Source: an uncultured Fibrobacterota bacterium (GTDB taxonomy: Bacteria > Fibrobacterota > Chitinivibrionia > Chitinivibrionales > FEN-1185). From it: DNA of 64,000 nt. Made by a program: the position numbers and the translations under genes. The number at the start of each line of letters is the position of its first letter. Position 1 is the stretch's first letter. The notes beneath the pieces were generated by a model. It searched no databases and was not told where the DNA came from. It saw nothing but the letters and a program-made list of their open reading frames with translations. Shown here in pieces: positions 38,963 through 48,472 of the stretch. The stretch lies in NCBI GenBank assembly GCA_963729895.1, contig CAVSQB010000011.1, positions 1-64,000 on the forward strand. The letters are read 5' to 3'.

Positions 38963-40618
38963 CTATTTTTCCAAAATGACCGTCACCACGTGCTGGTCCT
39001 GCCGCTGGTTCTCAAATGCCAGCATGATCCAGTCGTCCGAGCGCGCGACCTTCGACAGGTGAATTTCGTCGAGAGCGCCTATCATCGAGCGGGTTCCGTC
39101 AGAGCCGATGGTGAACAAGGCCGTGGGGCTGTCGGCGGCCTGCGGCGAATACGAACCTGTGGAACCGCACAATCCGCCGTCCACAAAGAAGGTGGCCGTG
39201 CCGGTTGACGGCTGCCAGCGGAATGCGTAGTAGTGCCACTGGTTAAGAGGCATGTCGCGCTGGGCCGTTATGGCACCCTGGCCAATAGCCCTGAAGGTCG
39301 GCCGGAGGCCGGGCGCGCCCGTTGCGGCGCTGTCGCCGAACCACAATTCCTTGTCGCCCGAATCGGCCATGGTGTCATCTTTGCGTTTTGAGAACACCAC
39401 GCCTCCGGGCGCCGAGAGATTCACCCACGCACAGGCGGTGAAACCTGCGGCGGCCATGTCCGTAACCGGCGCGTCGGTCGGAATGCTGTCTCTCTGGGCA
39501 AACACCTGTCCCTTACCAACGAAACCGTCCTTGCCGGTCGAGGAGACGTAGTCGTTGCCGTTGGCTGCGTTGGGCGTTGCGTCTTTGTAGAGGCCAGGAG
39601 TTCCAACGCCGGCCTGGTCCTCTTCAAGGTGCCACACGCCTGCAAATCCCCGGCCGGTGTCGAAAACCGCGGGCGGGTTCGAGAGCGCGGTCGCGCTTGT
39701 ATTTCCCCAGAACATTCGCACGAACTGCAGTGCGCTCTCCGGATACACGGTGTCGAGACTAAGCCAGATAACGGCCGCCGTGTCCCATTCCGCAATCTCG
39801 TAGGGCAGCGCCTTGCCGTTCGCTTTTGCAAACCGCAGGTCGGCCCCGCCCGGCTGGGCTTGGGAGAAGGTGAAGTTGGAGGCCGAGAGCCGGACAACCA
39901 GGCTGAAATCGACAACGGCGGTTTGCACGGGAACGCCTGAGTTGGATGTGTTGATCTGTATCTTCGCCGAATGCGCCCAACCCGGGAAAGGATTGAGGAC
40001 CGTGGTGTCCGAAGGCCCGACCGTTACATTTGCAAAGAGCTGCACCGCGGGACCGGAGGCATTTGCTTCGAACTGCAACCCGGGATAAACGCCCTGGGCA
40101 ACGGAATCGAACATCACCGACTTGTCGCCGGTATTTTTCTTCGCGTACATCGTTGTGCCTGTCGCGATCACATAGCCGGACAATTGCACAAGGCTGTCCG
40201 GCAGGTTTACCAGGAGGCGGACGGATTTACGCAGCGAATCTTCGGAAAGGACAAGGGTTCCACGATCGGACTGCACAACAATTCCGCTCGCAAGCAGCCT
40301 CAAGCCGGAGGCAAAGCCAAGGGCCTGGAGGTCGTAGGTGCCGTGATGTATGCCTTTGAACCGGTACGTTCCCGTGGAGTCGGTGGTATCGGTTGCGTTT
40401 CCGGGAACCTGGCCGCCGAACGCAGGATTGAAGTCTGCCGGCACAAGGGTGACGCCGGCGCCCGGAATGCCGGCGCCGTCCGGGGCGACAATGCGGCCGG
40501 ACACTTCGGTATCGGACCCGCCGCCCGCATACATAGGAGGAGAACACGCAAGCGATCCGGCGCACACAAGGGAGGCAACTGTCCACTTGAGCTGGCTGGT
40601 GAGCAGTTTTGGTGGCAT
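38963..40618 (-). CDS. Lipoprotein with carboxypeptidase-regulatory-like, DUF2341 and LamG-like domains
   Basis: Lipobox SLAC then GGGSDTE; GADLRFAKANGKALPYEIAEWD; GVWHL; GALDEIHLSKVARSDDWI. Confidence 0.82.
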   Translation of the reverse strand: MPPKLLTSQLKWTVASLVCAGSLACSPPMYAGGGSDTEVSGRIVAPDGAGIPGAGVTLVPADFNPAFGGQVPGNATDTTDSTGTYRFKGIHHGTYDLQALGFASGLRLLASGIVVQSDRGTLVLSEDSLRKSVRLLVNLPDSLVQLSGYVIATGTTMYAKKNTGDKSVMFDSVAQGVYPGLQFEANASGPAVQLFANVTVGPSDTTVLNPFPGWAHSAKIQINTSNSGVPVQTAVVDFSLVVRLSASNFTFSQAQPGGADLRFAKANGKALPYEIAEWDTAAVIWLSLDTVYPESALQFVRMFWGNTSATALSNPPAVFDTGRGFAGVWHLEEDQAGVGTPGLYKDATPNAANGNDYVSSTGKDGFVGKGQVFAQRDSIPTDAPVTDMAAAGFTACAWVNLSAPGGVVFSKRKDDTMADSGDKELWFGDSAATGAPGLRPTFRAIGQGAITAQRDMPLNQWHYYAFRWQPSTGTATFFVDGGLCGSTGSYSPQAADSPTALFTIGSDGTRSMIGALDEIHLSKVARSDDWIMLAFENQRQDQHVVTVILEK

Positions 40619-41100
40619 TTTTACATCCGGTCACTTATGCCGTCGTTCCGGTGGAACTGGACGAACCCCGAGTCCGGCCGCGGGCGGAAGACTGCCGCAC
40701 CCCGAACCTTTCAACAACCGATTTTGCCCGGATTTCGACGGCTACCCCTTAATATAAAAGAAAACCAATGAAATTTCACGTATGAATAACATTGCCGCCG
40801 GTTGGGACGGGGTTCTTCGATAGCCAAAGAGTTGGTCGAGTGATGAATCCCAAAGTTTGGGCATTCCCCGAAACTTGCTTCGGGGTTGGCAAACGACTGC
40901 AAGATTCTTCTTTCTTAGGGATGGAAGATGCCTCGCAGCGTGCTGCGAAGTTCTTCACTTCCCAAGCAAATGGGCTTCGGACAAATCGTGTCGAGCGCCT
41001 CGGCAATCTCCAAAGCCCAATGACAAGTGGTGCAAAGGATCTTTGGCCAACCTGTAACGAGATATCGCGGGTGCCCAATAGAATCTTCGCTCCACATTTT

Positions 41101-41161
41101 CTCCCTCGCCCTACGGCGACCCTTGGAAGCACCCGAAAGGGTGGAGAGGGCGGGGTAAGGG
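41101..41161 (+). repeat. REP-like palindrome (CTCCCTC.CCC...GGAGAGGGCGGGGT.AGG) carrying an inserted module
   Basis: Same flanks as the uninterrupted copy at 58142-58174. Confidence 0.6.
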
Positions 41162-41373
41162 TTTCCACTGGATTCTCGCAGCCAAACTGCCTTGGGGGGG
41201 TCACCGGGCTCAGCTATCCAAATACATTTCTTCGAGCTTCGTATTCATCAACCACAGATTGATTTGATTCATCCACAATCACATCGGCTTCCCTGGCCAA
41301 GATAATATATTTTGATGCGAAACGATCCTTTCGCAAACCGAATCCATTAGAGGCGGTCTCGGAACACATAGCT

Positions 41374-42357
41374 ATGAAGAACCGACAAGACAACATTGCC
41401 GCGCTCGCTCTTAGCCTCATACTTATGTTTCATTGTCAAGCATTCTCGCAGCGTGTTGAAAAGTACTCAGTGTTTTTCGGCAGGTGCGCGGTCTACAACG
41501 ATACCAATTCGTATATGGCCCTGCGCTCCTTTTCCCGCGCGGGAAGACCTTATTACCTCGTGGTAAATACCCGGGACCTCTTCACGCGGATTGTTGCGCA
41601 GGACAGCGGTCGTTGTGAGAGGGCTTCGCTTCGGGAGATGCGCCTGGAATTCAAAACCGCACCCTACGTGCTTGCTCTTGACAGTGCGGAAAACAGGTCG
41701 GCCCTTGTCCAGGATGCCGGGCTCACGCACGGCTCCGTGCGCCAGAAAGGCATCGATCTCACCGCGGACCTGTGCCCGTCCAAACTCCCGCTGGACAGAA
41801 AATTCTTTGCCGAGCTTATCGACCAGTTCCTGCCCGAGGAAAAGCCGATACCGATAGCGCTTTCGGTGACGGGCAACTGGATGAACGGCCATCAGGAAGA
41901 TTTGCGCTGGCTGATAGGCCTTGCTAAGAAAGGCGATCTCGCCATCACGTGGATCAACCATTCATACAATCACCGGTGGTACGACAGTATTCCGGTTCAG
42001 GAAAACTTCCTTCTCAAAAAAGGGACAAACCTCGATCTCGAAGTGCTCAAGACCGAACAGAAAATGATGGAGTACGGTATCACGCCGTCGGTGTTTTTCC
42101 GGTTTCCGGGTCTTGTATCCGACAGCCTCGTGTTTGCAAAGATCACCGCCTACGGGCTGATCCCGGTCGGCACCGATGCATGGCTTGCCAAAAATCAATT
42201 GCCGAAAGACGGGTCGATCGTGCTCGTGCATGCAAACGGCAACGAGCCGTACGGCATACAGCGGTTTTTCAAGCTCATTCGGGAACACCGCGACAGCATT
42301 AGTGCGGGAAAATGGATGCTCTACGATCTGCGCGAGAGCATTGCTTCCGAAAAATAG
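41374..42357 (+). CDS. Secreted polysaccharide deacetylase-family protein
   Basis: Signal peptide; LTADLCPS, WINHSYNH, FFRFPGL, IVLVHANGNEP. Confidence 0.75.
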   Translation: MKNRQDNIAALALSLILMFHCQAFSQRVEKYSVFFGRCAVYNDTNSYMALRSFSRAGRPYYLVVNTRDLFTRIVAQDSGRCERASLREMRLEFKTAPYVLALDSAENRSALVQDAGLTHGSVRQKGIDLTADLCPSKLPLDRKFFAELIDQFLPEEKPIPIALSVTGNWMNGHQEDLRWLIGLAKKGDLAITWINHSYNHRWYDSIPVQENFLLKKGTNLDLEVLKTEQKMMEYGITPSVFFRFPGLVSDSLVFAKITAYGLIPVGTDAWLAKNQLPKDGSIVLVHANGNEPYGIQRFFKLIREHRDSISAGKWMLYDLRESIASEK

Positions 42358-42367
42358 CGGAAACCCA

Positions 42368-43729
42368 ATGGGGGAGTTCGTGCGGTTTGCATCTATTGCC
42401 ACGTCTCTGGCGGTGGCGCTCCTTTGTGTAACGGTCCGAGGCGCAAAGACCGACTCTGCATCCGTCCCCTTGTTCCGCCTGGACCTCACCCTTGCCGACG
42501 TTCCCGCTAATTCGGGCAGCAGTGCGTATTGGCCCACAATGGCCCAGTCCAAATCTCTTGCCCTGTCGTTTAGCGAGGCCACCGGCGTCTGCATGCAACT
42601 GGCCACCCAGGGAATCCGAAGCCCCTTAGCCCGGCTGGGCGCGGTCACCGGGTTGGAACTGGGCAGGATTTTCCTCGATAATTACCTTCCGTTCGGCGTC
42701 ACGTGGATGCACGAGGAATTCCACCGCGCCGTGCTTTCCAACAGGGAAATTTCTTCCTATGACGGTATATACGATTTCAACCCGGACATTACGCAACTCA
42801 ACGTGTACCATGTTTCCGACGAGGCCCTGAAAAACCTCAAGGCGGAACATCCGGAGGAATTGGTGCGCTGTGAAGCAGCCGGGTACGAAGCCCAGGTAGA
42901 TCTTGCCGAGGCGCTGTTGCAGGATGGGATGATGCACGGCTCGCCCTTCATCGAACCGTCCGCACTCTATTCGTTGTTCTCGATGTCGTTTTACATGTGG
43001 TTCAACACCACGTCCGAGGCCGATGAGGAAACCCGCGAATTCAACGCGAAAGAAACCACAATTGACCAGCGCGATATTGTGGGGTGGGATTTTTCGGCAT
43101 GGACCTACGACCTGCACCGCCCAGACGAACCCTATGCGGCGCGCGGTGTTCATCCGGGCGGCGTCGGCATCAACCGGTACATTCTCTGGTCGCAGTTGAC
43201 TTCCGCAGAACAAAGCTACCTGAGGCTCCAGGCGGCGTTATCGTTAGCCAACTTTGTAAGGCCGCAACTCTACGGTGCCGCGCCGTGGCACGCCGGCCTG
43301 TTCGGCGAGGACGTGGAATTTACTGCCGGCCTCAGGCACTATCTTACGCCGTTCGGCTACGAGATTGGGGCAATCACCGTCATGAGAAAACAGGATGCCG
43401 GTCTTGTCGCTTCAGTCAACGTTTACGGCAACGGTCACCTGGCGCTGCCCGGGATCGACTGTACGCTTCTGAACCTTCCCCTTGGCGGTCCAGCCTCCTT
43501 CCTGTCCTGGTCGCCGAGGCTTGCACTCTGGCTGCAGCCCAAGGGCCAGCGGTTGGACAGCGAGGCGGCGCAGGCGGGCATGCTCGCCTCGGAGCGGCTG
43601 GATGTGTGGCTGTCAAGCGCTTCGAGCGCGTACGCGGAGATTGAGGCAAAATCGGGCGGCTGGGTCGCGGGAACGGTGTCGCTGGGGCCGGCGCTTGCAC
43701 TACGGGTGGGAAGCGTGCTTGCGTTTTAA
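42368..43729 (+). CDS. Secreted/outer-membrane hypothetical protein with HExxH motif
   Basis: Signal peptide; WMHEEFHRAVL; C-terminal amphipathic beta strands ending in Phe. Confidence 0.55.
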   Translation: MGEFVRFASIATSLAVALLCVTVRGAKTDSASVPLFRLDLTLADVPANSGSSAYWPTMAQSKSLALSFSEATGVCMQLATQGIRSPLARLGAVTGLELGRIFLDNYLPFGVTWMHEEFHRAVLSNREISSYDGIYDFNPDITQLNVYHVSDEALKNLKAEHPEELVRCEAAGYEAQVDLAEALLQDGMMHGSPFIEPSALYSLFSMSFYMWFNTTSEADEETREFNAKETTIDQRDIVGWDFSAWTYDLHRPDEPYAARGVHPGGVGINRYILWSQLTSAEQSYLRLQAALSLANFVRPQLYGAAPWHAGLFGEDVEFTAGLRHYLTPFGYEIGAITVMRKQDAGLVASVNVYGNGHLALPGIDCTLLNLPLGGPASFLSWSPRLALWLQPKGQRLDSEAAQAGMLASERLDVWLSSASSAYAEIEAKSGGWVAGTVSLGPALALRVGSVLAF

Positions 43730-43860
43730 GTTGAGGCACGCACAACATCCAATTTGGTTTAAACACGCGCAAAAAGCAAATACGGGCGAAAAGGATTTAG
43801 GGGGCGAGTAGCCAGTGGTGAAGCAATAATGGAATTCTTAGATGTCCTCTCAAAGAAGGT

Positions 43861-43936
43861 TGGTGAGCCGCCAAGGATTCGAACCCCGATCTCCGACAGA
43901 AAGAATGTCGTGCTTTGCCACTTAAGCTAGCAGCTC
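43861..43936 (-). tRNA. Atypical tRNA-Lys(CUU), 76 nt, CCA encoded
   Basis: Minus strand reads GAGCTGC TA GCTT AAGTGGCA AAGC A CGACA TTCTTTC TGTCG GAGAT CGGGG TTCGAAT CCTTG GCGGCTC A CCA: full cloverleaf, anticodon CTT (43903-43901), A73, but U37/C38. Confidence 0.85.
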
Positions 43937-43947
43937 AAAGACCATGA

Positions 43948-43984
43948 AATATACGACGCTACGCGGTGCTCGGGCCATTATATT
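43948..43984. promoter_or_regulatory. Back-to-back TATATT -10-like boxes for the tRNA (minus) and the transferase (plus)
   Basis: AATATA at 43948-43953 (TATATT on minus, 11 nt before the tRNA 5' end) and TATATT at 43979-43984. Confidence 0.4.
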
Positions 43985-44041
43985 ATTTTAATGCGATTGT
44001 ATCATAAGGGATTTTCGCGGCAATAAGGAATTTCACACTGC

Positions 44042-45007
44042 ATGACCGTTCCAGATTTCGCCTTTCGGCTTGCCCAAATCAAGAAATTCGGCACCAACTC
44101 GTTTTCGACGCTTCTGTTGTACGACGATGTGACCTCGTACACGCTGAAGTCAACCGAGGGGTTTGTCGGTTACAGGGGCGCGGGCAAAATGCTCGTGGTA
44201 TTCGGCGAGCCGATTTGCGACCCGAAGAAGTATCGCGATGCGGTGACGGAGTTCAACGCATTCTGCAAGGAACATGGAAAACAGTTTATCTGCATCTGCT
44301 GCGGAGAAGAGTTCAAGAACGCGGTTGAAGACATGGACTTCAGTTCCGTCCGCATCGGCGAGGATTTCATTTTTGAAACGGCCCTGTATGCACCGAAGGG
44401 CGACAAGGGGAAAATGGTGCGGCTCGCTAGAAACCACGCCTTGCGGATAGGCGCAGTTGTCAAGGAATACGACCACAGCAGAGGGCCGGATCCCGCATTG
44501 GAAAAAGTTTTCGGCGAAATATCGATGCGCTGGCTTCGAAAAACAAACCGGTTCAAGGCGCATATCCTGGGTCTCAACCTGTTCGATCACCGGGAGCTCA
44601 AGCGGTATTTCTACGCCGAGGTGGGCGGAACACCCGTTGCGTTCATTGCCTGCCTTCCCATTTTCGGCAGGGACGGCTATCTTCTGGAAGATGCGATCCG
44701 CAATCCGGATGCGCCGTACGGCGTGATAGAGCTGATCACGCTCGCCATCATCGACGAAATGAAGAAGCATGGCGTCAAGATGGTCACTTTCGGAATTTCT
44801 CCAAAGCTCGACGTAAGTACGCTGTCCGGGCCTTCCCGCTTTGTCGCCAACGTGGGAATGTGGCTTGCAAACAAGGCCTTCAACCTTCACAACCTGTATC
44901 ATTTCCGGAAGAAGTTCCACACCGCTGCCGCGGAACCGTCGTATCTGCTCAAGTATCCCCGGGGCCTGGGTCTGATTGATCTTGCGAGAATTCTTACTTC
45001 GTTCTGA
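44042..45007 (+). CDS. Stand-alone aminoacyl-tRNA-dependent transferase, MprF/LPG-synthase catalytic domain (DUF2156), no membrane domain
   Basis: VFGEPI, RIGEDF, KG..VRLARN, EDAIRNPDAPYGVIE, TFGISP, LYHFRKKF..EPSYL match the MprF C-terminal domain; only 321 aa and no N-terminal TM block. Confidence 0.82.
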   Translation: MTVPDFAFRLAQIKKFGTNSFSTLLLYDDVTSYTLKSTEGFVGYRGAGKMLVVFGEPICDPKKYRDAVTEFNAFCKEHGKQFICICCGEEFKNAVEDMDFSSVRIGEDFIFETALYAPKGDKGKMVRLARNHALRIGAVVKEYDHSRGPDPALEKVFGEISMRWLRKTNRFKAHILGLNLFDHRELKRYFYAEVGGTPVAFIACLPIFGRDGYLLEDAIRNPDAPYGVIELITLAIIDEMKKHGVKMVTFGISPKLDVSTLSGPSRFVANVGMWLANKAFNLHNLYHFRKKFHTAAAEPSYLLKYPRGLGLIDLARILTSF

Positions 45008-45202
45008 CAAGAAGAGTCCGGGTTGGGCCGATTCATCCTTCCCGCTACCCGCGGCAATTGCTCCGGAGCCAAAGCGAGAACCATGTACTTCCGGGGATCG
45101 TTAATTGTACAATGAAGACAAACAGGGTTTTGTATCTTTGGCGGGCACAAAAACGTGAACGGCTGCTCTTTTCGTTTTCCCGGGCAAAGGAGGTCCGATC
45201 AC

Positions 45203-46717
45203 ATGAACGCAAAGATTTGCAATTTCCGTCTTGGTAGTTCAGCAGTTCTTCTTCTGGCCGCATTTCTTGTTTCCGGCGCCCAACCCGTTTCCGTTTCCGG
45301 CACCGTCACCAACCCCGATCTCATGCCTGTCCGCGGCGCGCTGGTCGCGCTTGACAAAGCCGGGCTGTCGGCAACAACCGACGCGAGCGGCGCGTTTTCG
45401 ATTGCGGGAAATGCGGGTGTGGTGTCGGCAGTGTCACAGGCCGGTGTCAATTCAATATCAATGAGTGGAAACCTTGTTAGATTCTCATTATCGAAAGATG
45501 AACGGATCTCTCTTTCGGTTTTCAACTGCAAGGGAGAGGCAACAAGATCCGTTTCCGAGAAGGTATATACATCCGGGAGTCATTCGATTGAGATGGGGAA
45601 GTATGATGCCGCTGGATTGAAAATTGTCCGAATGGACATCGGCTCGTTTTCATACACTTTCAGAGTTATTGATATTCAGGGAAATACGGCCCAATCATTC
45701 ATCAATAAACAAAATCAGAATGTGCCCTTGTCAAAAACGTCTGCCGGCGTTGATTCTCTGAAGGTAACAGCTGCACGCTACAACCAGCTTATGCAAGGCC
45801 TCGGCTCCTACACCCAGTCGAACCTGAAGCTCGTGATCACGTCGTCCATCGACACCGGCATCGGCGCGAGCCTGCACGGCTGCCGGCCGTTTCCCGACGA
45901 CAATCCGTGGAACACGCCGGTCGACAAGGACTCGGTGGACCCGCTGTCCGACAAGATTATCGCGGGCATAGGGCTCAACGTGCCGTTGCACCCGGACTTC
46001 TGCGGCCAGTGGAACGGCGGGGTGTGCGGCATCCCGTATGTGGTGGTGACCTCCAAGACGCCCAAAGTCAGCGTGACCTTCGACTACGCCGACGAAAGCG
46101 ATCCCGGCCCGTATCCGATTCCGGCTGATGCACCCATCGAGGGCGGGCCCGCCTCAACGGGCGACCGGCACATTCTTATGCTTGACAGAGACAACTGGAT
46201 CCTGTACGAGCTGTACGCGGCGTATCCGCCCGGAACGGGCTGGACCGCAGGCTCGGGCGCGATCTTCAATCTGGATTCCGACTCTCTGCGGCCGGCAGGC
46301 TGGACGTCCGCCGACGCTGCCGGGCTGCCTATCTTTCCCGGCCTGGTGCGCTACGATGAAGTGGTCGAACAGAAACAAATTCTGCATGCGGTCCGGTTCA
46401 CGGTTGTCAACTCGCGGAACGCCTATATTCCTCCGGCAACGCATTACGCAAGCAGCAAGACCGCAGACACGCTCCCGCCCATGGGCATGCGCGTGCGGCT
46501 CAAGGCGAGCGTCGATATTTCGGGCTATTCCGCGAACATGCAGGTGATCCTCACGGCGCTCAAGACCTACGGCATGATCGTGGCCGACAACGGCTCCAAC
46601 TGGTATGTATCCGGCGCGCCGGACTCAAGGTTGAACGACGACGAATTGAATACCCTCAAGCAGATAACGGGAAGTGATTTTGAGGTTGTCAAGATGAGGG
46701 GAATTGTGACGCAATAA
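45203..46717 (+). CDS. Secreted multi-domain protein: carboxypeptidase-regulatory-like domain, internal CTD-like segment, conserved uncharacterised C-terminal domain
   Basis: Signal peptide; VSGTVTN..TTDASGAFSI; LSVFNCKGE; PFPDDNPWN, GDRHIL, SADAAGLPIFPGLVRYDEV, YGMIVADNGS. Confidence 0.7.
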   Translation: MNAKICNFRLGSSAVLLLAAFLVSGAQPVSVSGTVTNPDLMPVRGALVALDKAGLSATTDASGAFSIAGNAGVVSAVSQAGVNSISMSGNLVRFSLSKDERISLSVFNCKGEATRSVSEKVYTSGSHSIEMGKYDAAGLKIVRMDIGSFSYTFRVIDIQGNTAQSFINKQNQNVPLSKTSAGVDSLKVTAARYNQLMQGLGSYTQSNLKLVITSSIDTGIGASLHGCRPFPDDNPWNTPVDKDSVDPLSDKIIAGIGLNVPLHPDFCGQWNGGVCGIPYVVVTSKTPKVSVTFDYADESDPGPYPIPADAPIEGGPASTGDRHILMLDRDNWILYELYAAYPPGTGWTAGSGAIFNLDSDSLRPAGWTSADAAGLPIFPGLVRYDEVVEQKQILHAVRFTVVNSRNAYIPPATHYASSKTADTLPPMGMRVRLKASVDISGYSANMQVILTALKTYGMIVADNGSNWYVSGAPDSRLNDDELNTLKQITGSDFEVVKMRGIVTQ

Positions 46718-46749
46718 GTTGGGGTCAGGGAAATTGTAACGAAGATTGA

Positions 46750-46866
46750 GCGTTTCCCTCGCTTCGGGCTCGGCCGTTGGGCCTTCGTTGCCGGACCGCC
46801 CTGATGCCTTTCGGCAGGGTCGGCCGGCAATGCGCTACAGCGCACCCTGCGGTCCTGCCTAACGCG
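46750..46866 (+). repeat. Structured intergenic repeat, family 1, copy A
   Basis: Shares GGCTCGGC..GCC(T)TCGTTG, TCGGCCGG and CCCTGCGGTCCTGC with the copies at 55497 and 62657. Confidence 0.75.
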
Positions 46867-47005
46867 AAAGACAATGAATAGAAACCCAACAATTTCAGTC
46901 TGTCGGATGAGAGAAAGACAATTGCAGAAGAAGACAACACTTCGAGCGCACCGAAGCAATCTACGGTTATATTGCGGAAAATAAGTGTTTCACGAAAGGA
47001 TAGCC

Positions 47006-48472
47006 ATGAAGGAATCGCTGTGTTTGACTGTAGTTTTCTGCGTTGCGATTGTCTTTTTACCTGTAAACGCCCGGATGCGGTCTGTCGACGGTTCCGCCGG
47101 CAATGACACCTACACCGGCACCACACTTGCCCCCTGGAAAACTCTTCAGCACGCTGCCGACAATATCGGTCCCGGTGATACGGTGATTGTGGAGCCGGGC
47201 ATGTACGCAGGGTTTGAAATGGGATGGGACAATCCTGAAAACGGCACCGCCGCATCGCCGATCGTGTTTCTTGCCCAGCCGGGCGCCGTCATAAACAGCC
47301 GCAACGCCAAGACCGCGGACGGCATCGATCTCGAAGGAGCGAGTTACATCGTGGTTGACGGGTTTACCGTCAAGAATGCCGGCGCCATTTCGCGCGCGGG
47401 CATTCGCGCCGTCACCGACACCGGCGTTGTCATCCGCAACAACACCATCGACAGCTGCGGCACATGGGGAATTCTCACCGGGTTCAGCCAGAACATTCTC
47501 ATCGAGAACAACGTCACGTCGCGCGCTGTTGTCCAGCACGGGATTTACTTCGGCAACAGCGCGGACAACCCGGTCATTCGCGGCAACAGGGTCTTTTCGA
47601 ACAATGCCAACGGCATCCACATGAACGGCGACGTGTCCCAGGGCGGGGACGGTATCATTTCCAACGCGCTTGTGGAGAACAACATCATTTACAACAACGG
47701 GCTCGCGGGCGGATCGGGTATCAACTGCGACGGCGTGAAGAACTCCCGGTTCCAGAACAACCTTCTGTACAACAACCATGCAAGCGGGATTTCTCTGTAC
47801 CAGACCGACGCAAGCGGGCCGTCGGTGAACGACACCGTGGTGAACAATACCATCCTCGAGGCTTCCGACGCACGCTGGTGCATCAACATCAAGAGCGGCT
47901 CCACCGGAACCATCCTGCAAAACAATATTCTTTACAATTATCATTCATGGCACGGCAGCATCGACCTGGATTCGGCGAGCCTGCCGGGGCTTGCGAGCGA
48001 TTACAACATCGTGATGGACAGGCTCACGCCGGACGACAACACGGTGATGACGCTTGCCGTGTGGAGCGCGTCCACGGGCCAGGACACGCATTCGCTCGTT
48101 GCCGTGCCGACGCAGCTTTTCGTGAACACGACCGCCAACGATTACCATCTGTTTGATACATGCGTTGCGGTCGACAGGGGAACGTCGAAGGACGCCCCGG
48201 CGACCGACATCGAAGGAACGCCCAGGCCGCAGGGGAAAGGCTGGGACATCGGTGCATACGAGGCTGTGACCGGGACAGGGCAGGTTGTCAACCGGATAGT
48301 TCCACATACTTTTCTTGGCGGGCCTGTGGGATTGAGCATTGTTGATTTGAGGGGAAGAATTGTTGCCGCAGGTTGCGGTGAAAGGGTTGGAGAATTGCCT
48401 TTTACCTCGGGGTATTATGTTGAACGGTTCAACGCATCCGTTGCAAACAGGGGAATACGGGTTGTGAGGTGA
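47006..48472 (+). CDS. Right-handed parallel beta-helix secreted protein (pectin-lyase-like) with C-terminal sorting-like tail
   Basis: PWKTLQHAAD..PGDTV, Asn-rich ladder repeats, DYHL...DIGAYE, IVDLRGRIV..SGYYV. Confidence 0.8.
   Translation: MKESLCLTVVFCVAIVFLPVNARMRSVDGSAGNDTYTGTTLAPWKTLQHAADNIGPGDTVIVEPGMYAGFEMGWDNPENGTAASPIVFLAQPGAVINSRNAKTADGIDLEGASYIVVDGFTVKNAGAISRAGIRAVTDTGVVIRNNTIDSCGTWGILTGFSQNILIENNVTSRAVVQHGIYFGNSADNPVIRGNRVFSNNANGIHMNGDVSQGGDGIISNALVENNIIYNNGLAGGSGINCDGVKNSRFQNNLLYNNHASGISLYQTDASGPSVNDTVVNNTILEASDARWCINIKSGSTGTILQNNILYNYHSWHGSIDLDSASLPGLASDYNIVMDRLTPDDNTVMTLAVWSASTGQDTHSLVAVPTQLFVNTTANDYHLFDTCVAVDRGTSKDAPATDIEGTPRPQGKGWDIGAYEAVTGTGQVVNRIVPHTFLGGPVGLSIVDLRGRIVAAGCGERVGELPFTSGYYVERFNASVANRGIRVVR

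Noticed and set aside
40776..41262. ORFs 40792-41262 (+) and 40776-41204 (-)
   Set aside because: They run through palindromic repeats, with no RBS or protein motifs
36156..43861. Genomic island integrated at the tRNA 3' end
   Set aside because: No integrase, and I could not find a duplicated tRNA 3' end (att site) in the window
43899..43905. Reading the tRNA as tRNA-Glu (TTC in the loop)
   Set aside because: With the 5-bp stem CGACA/TGTCG and a 7-nt loop the central triplet is CTT; TTC is off-register
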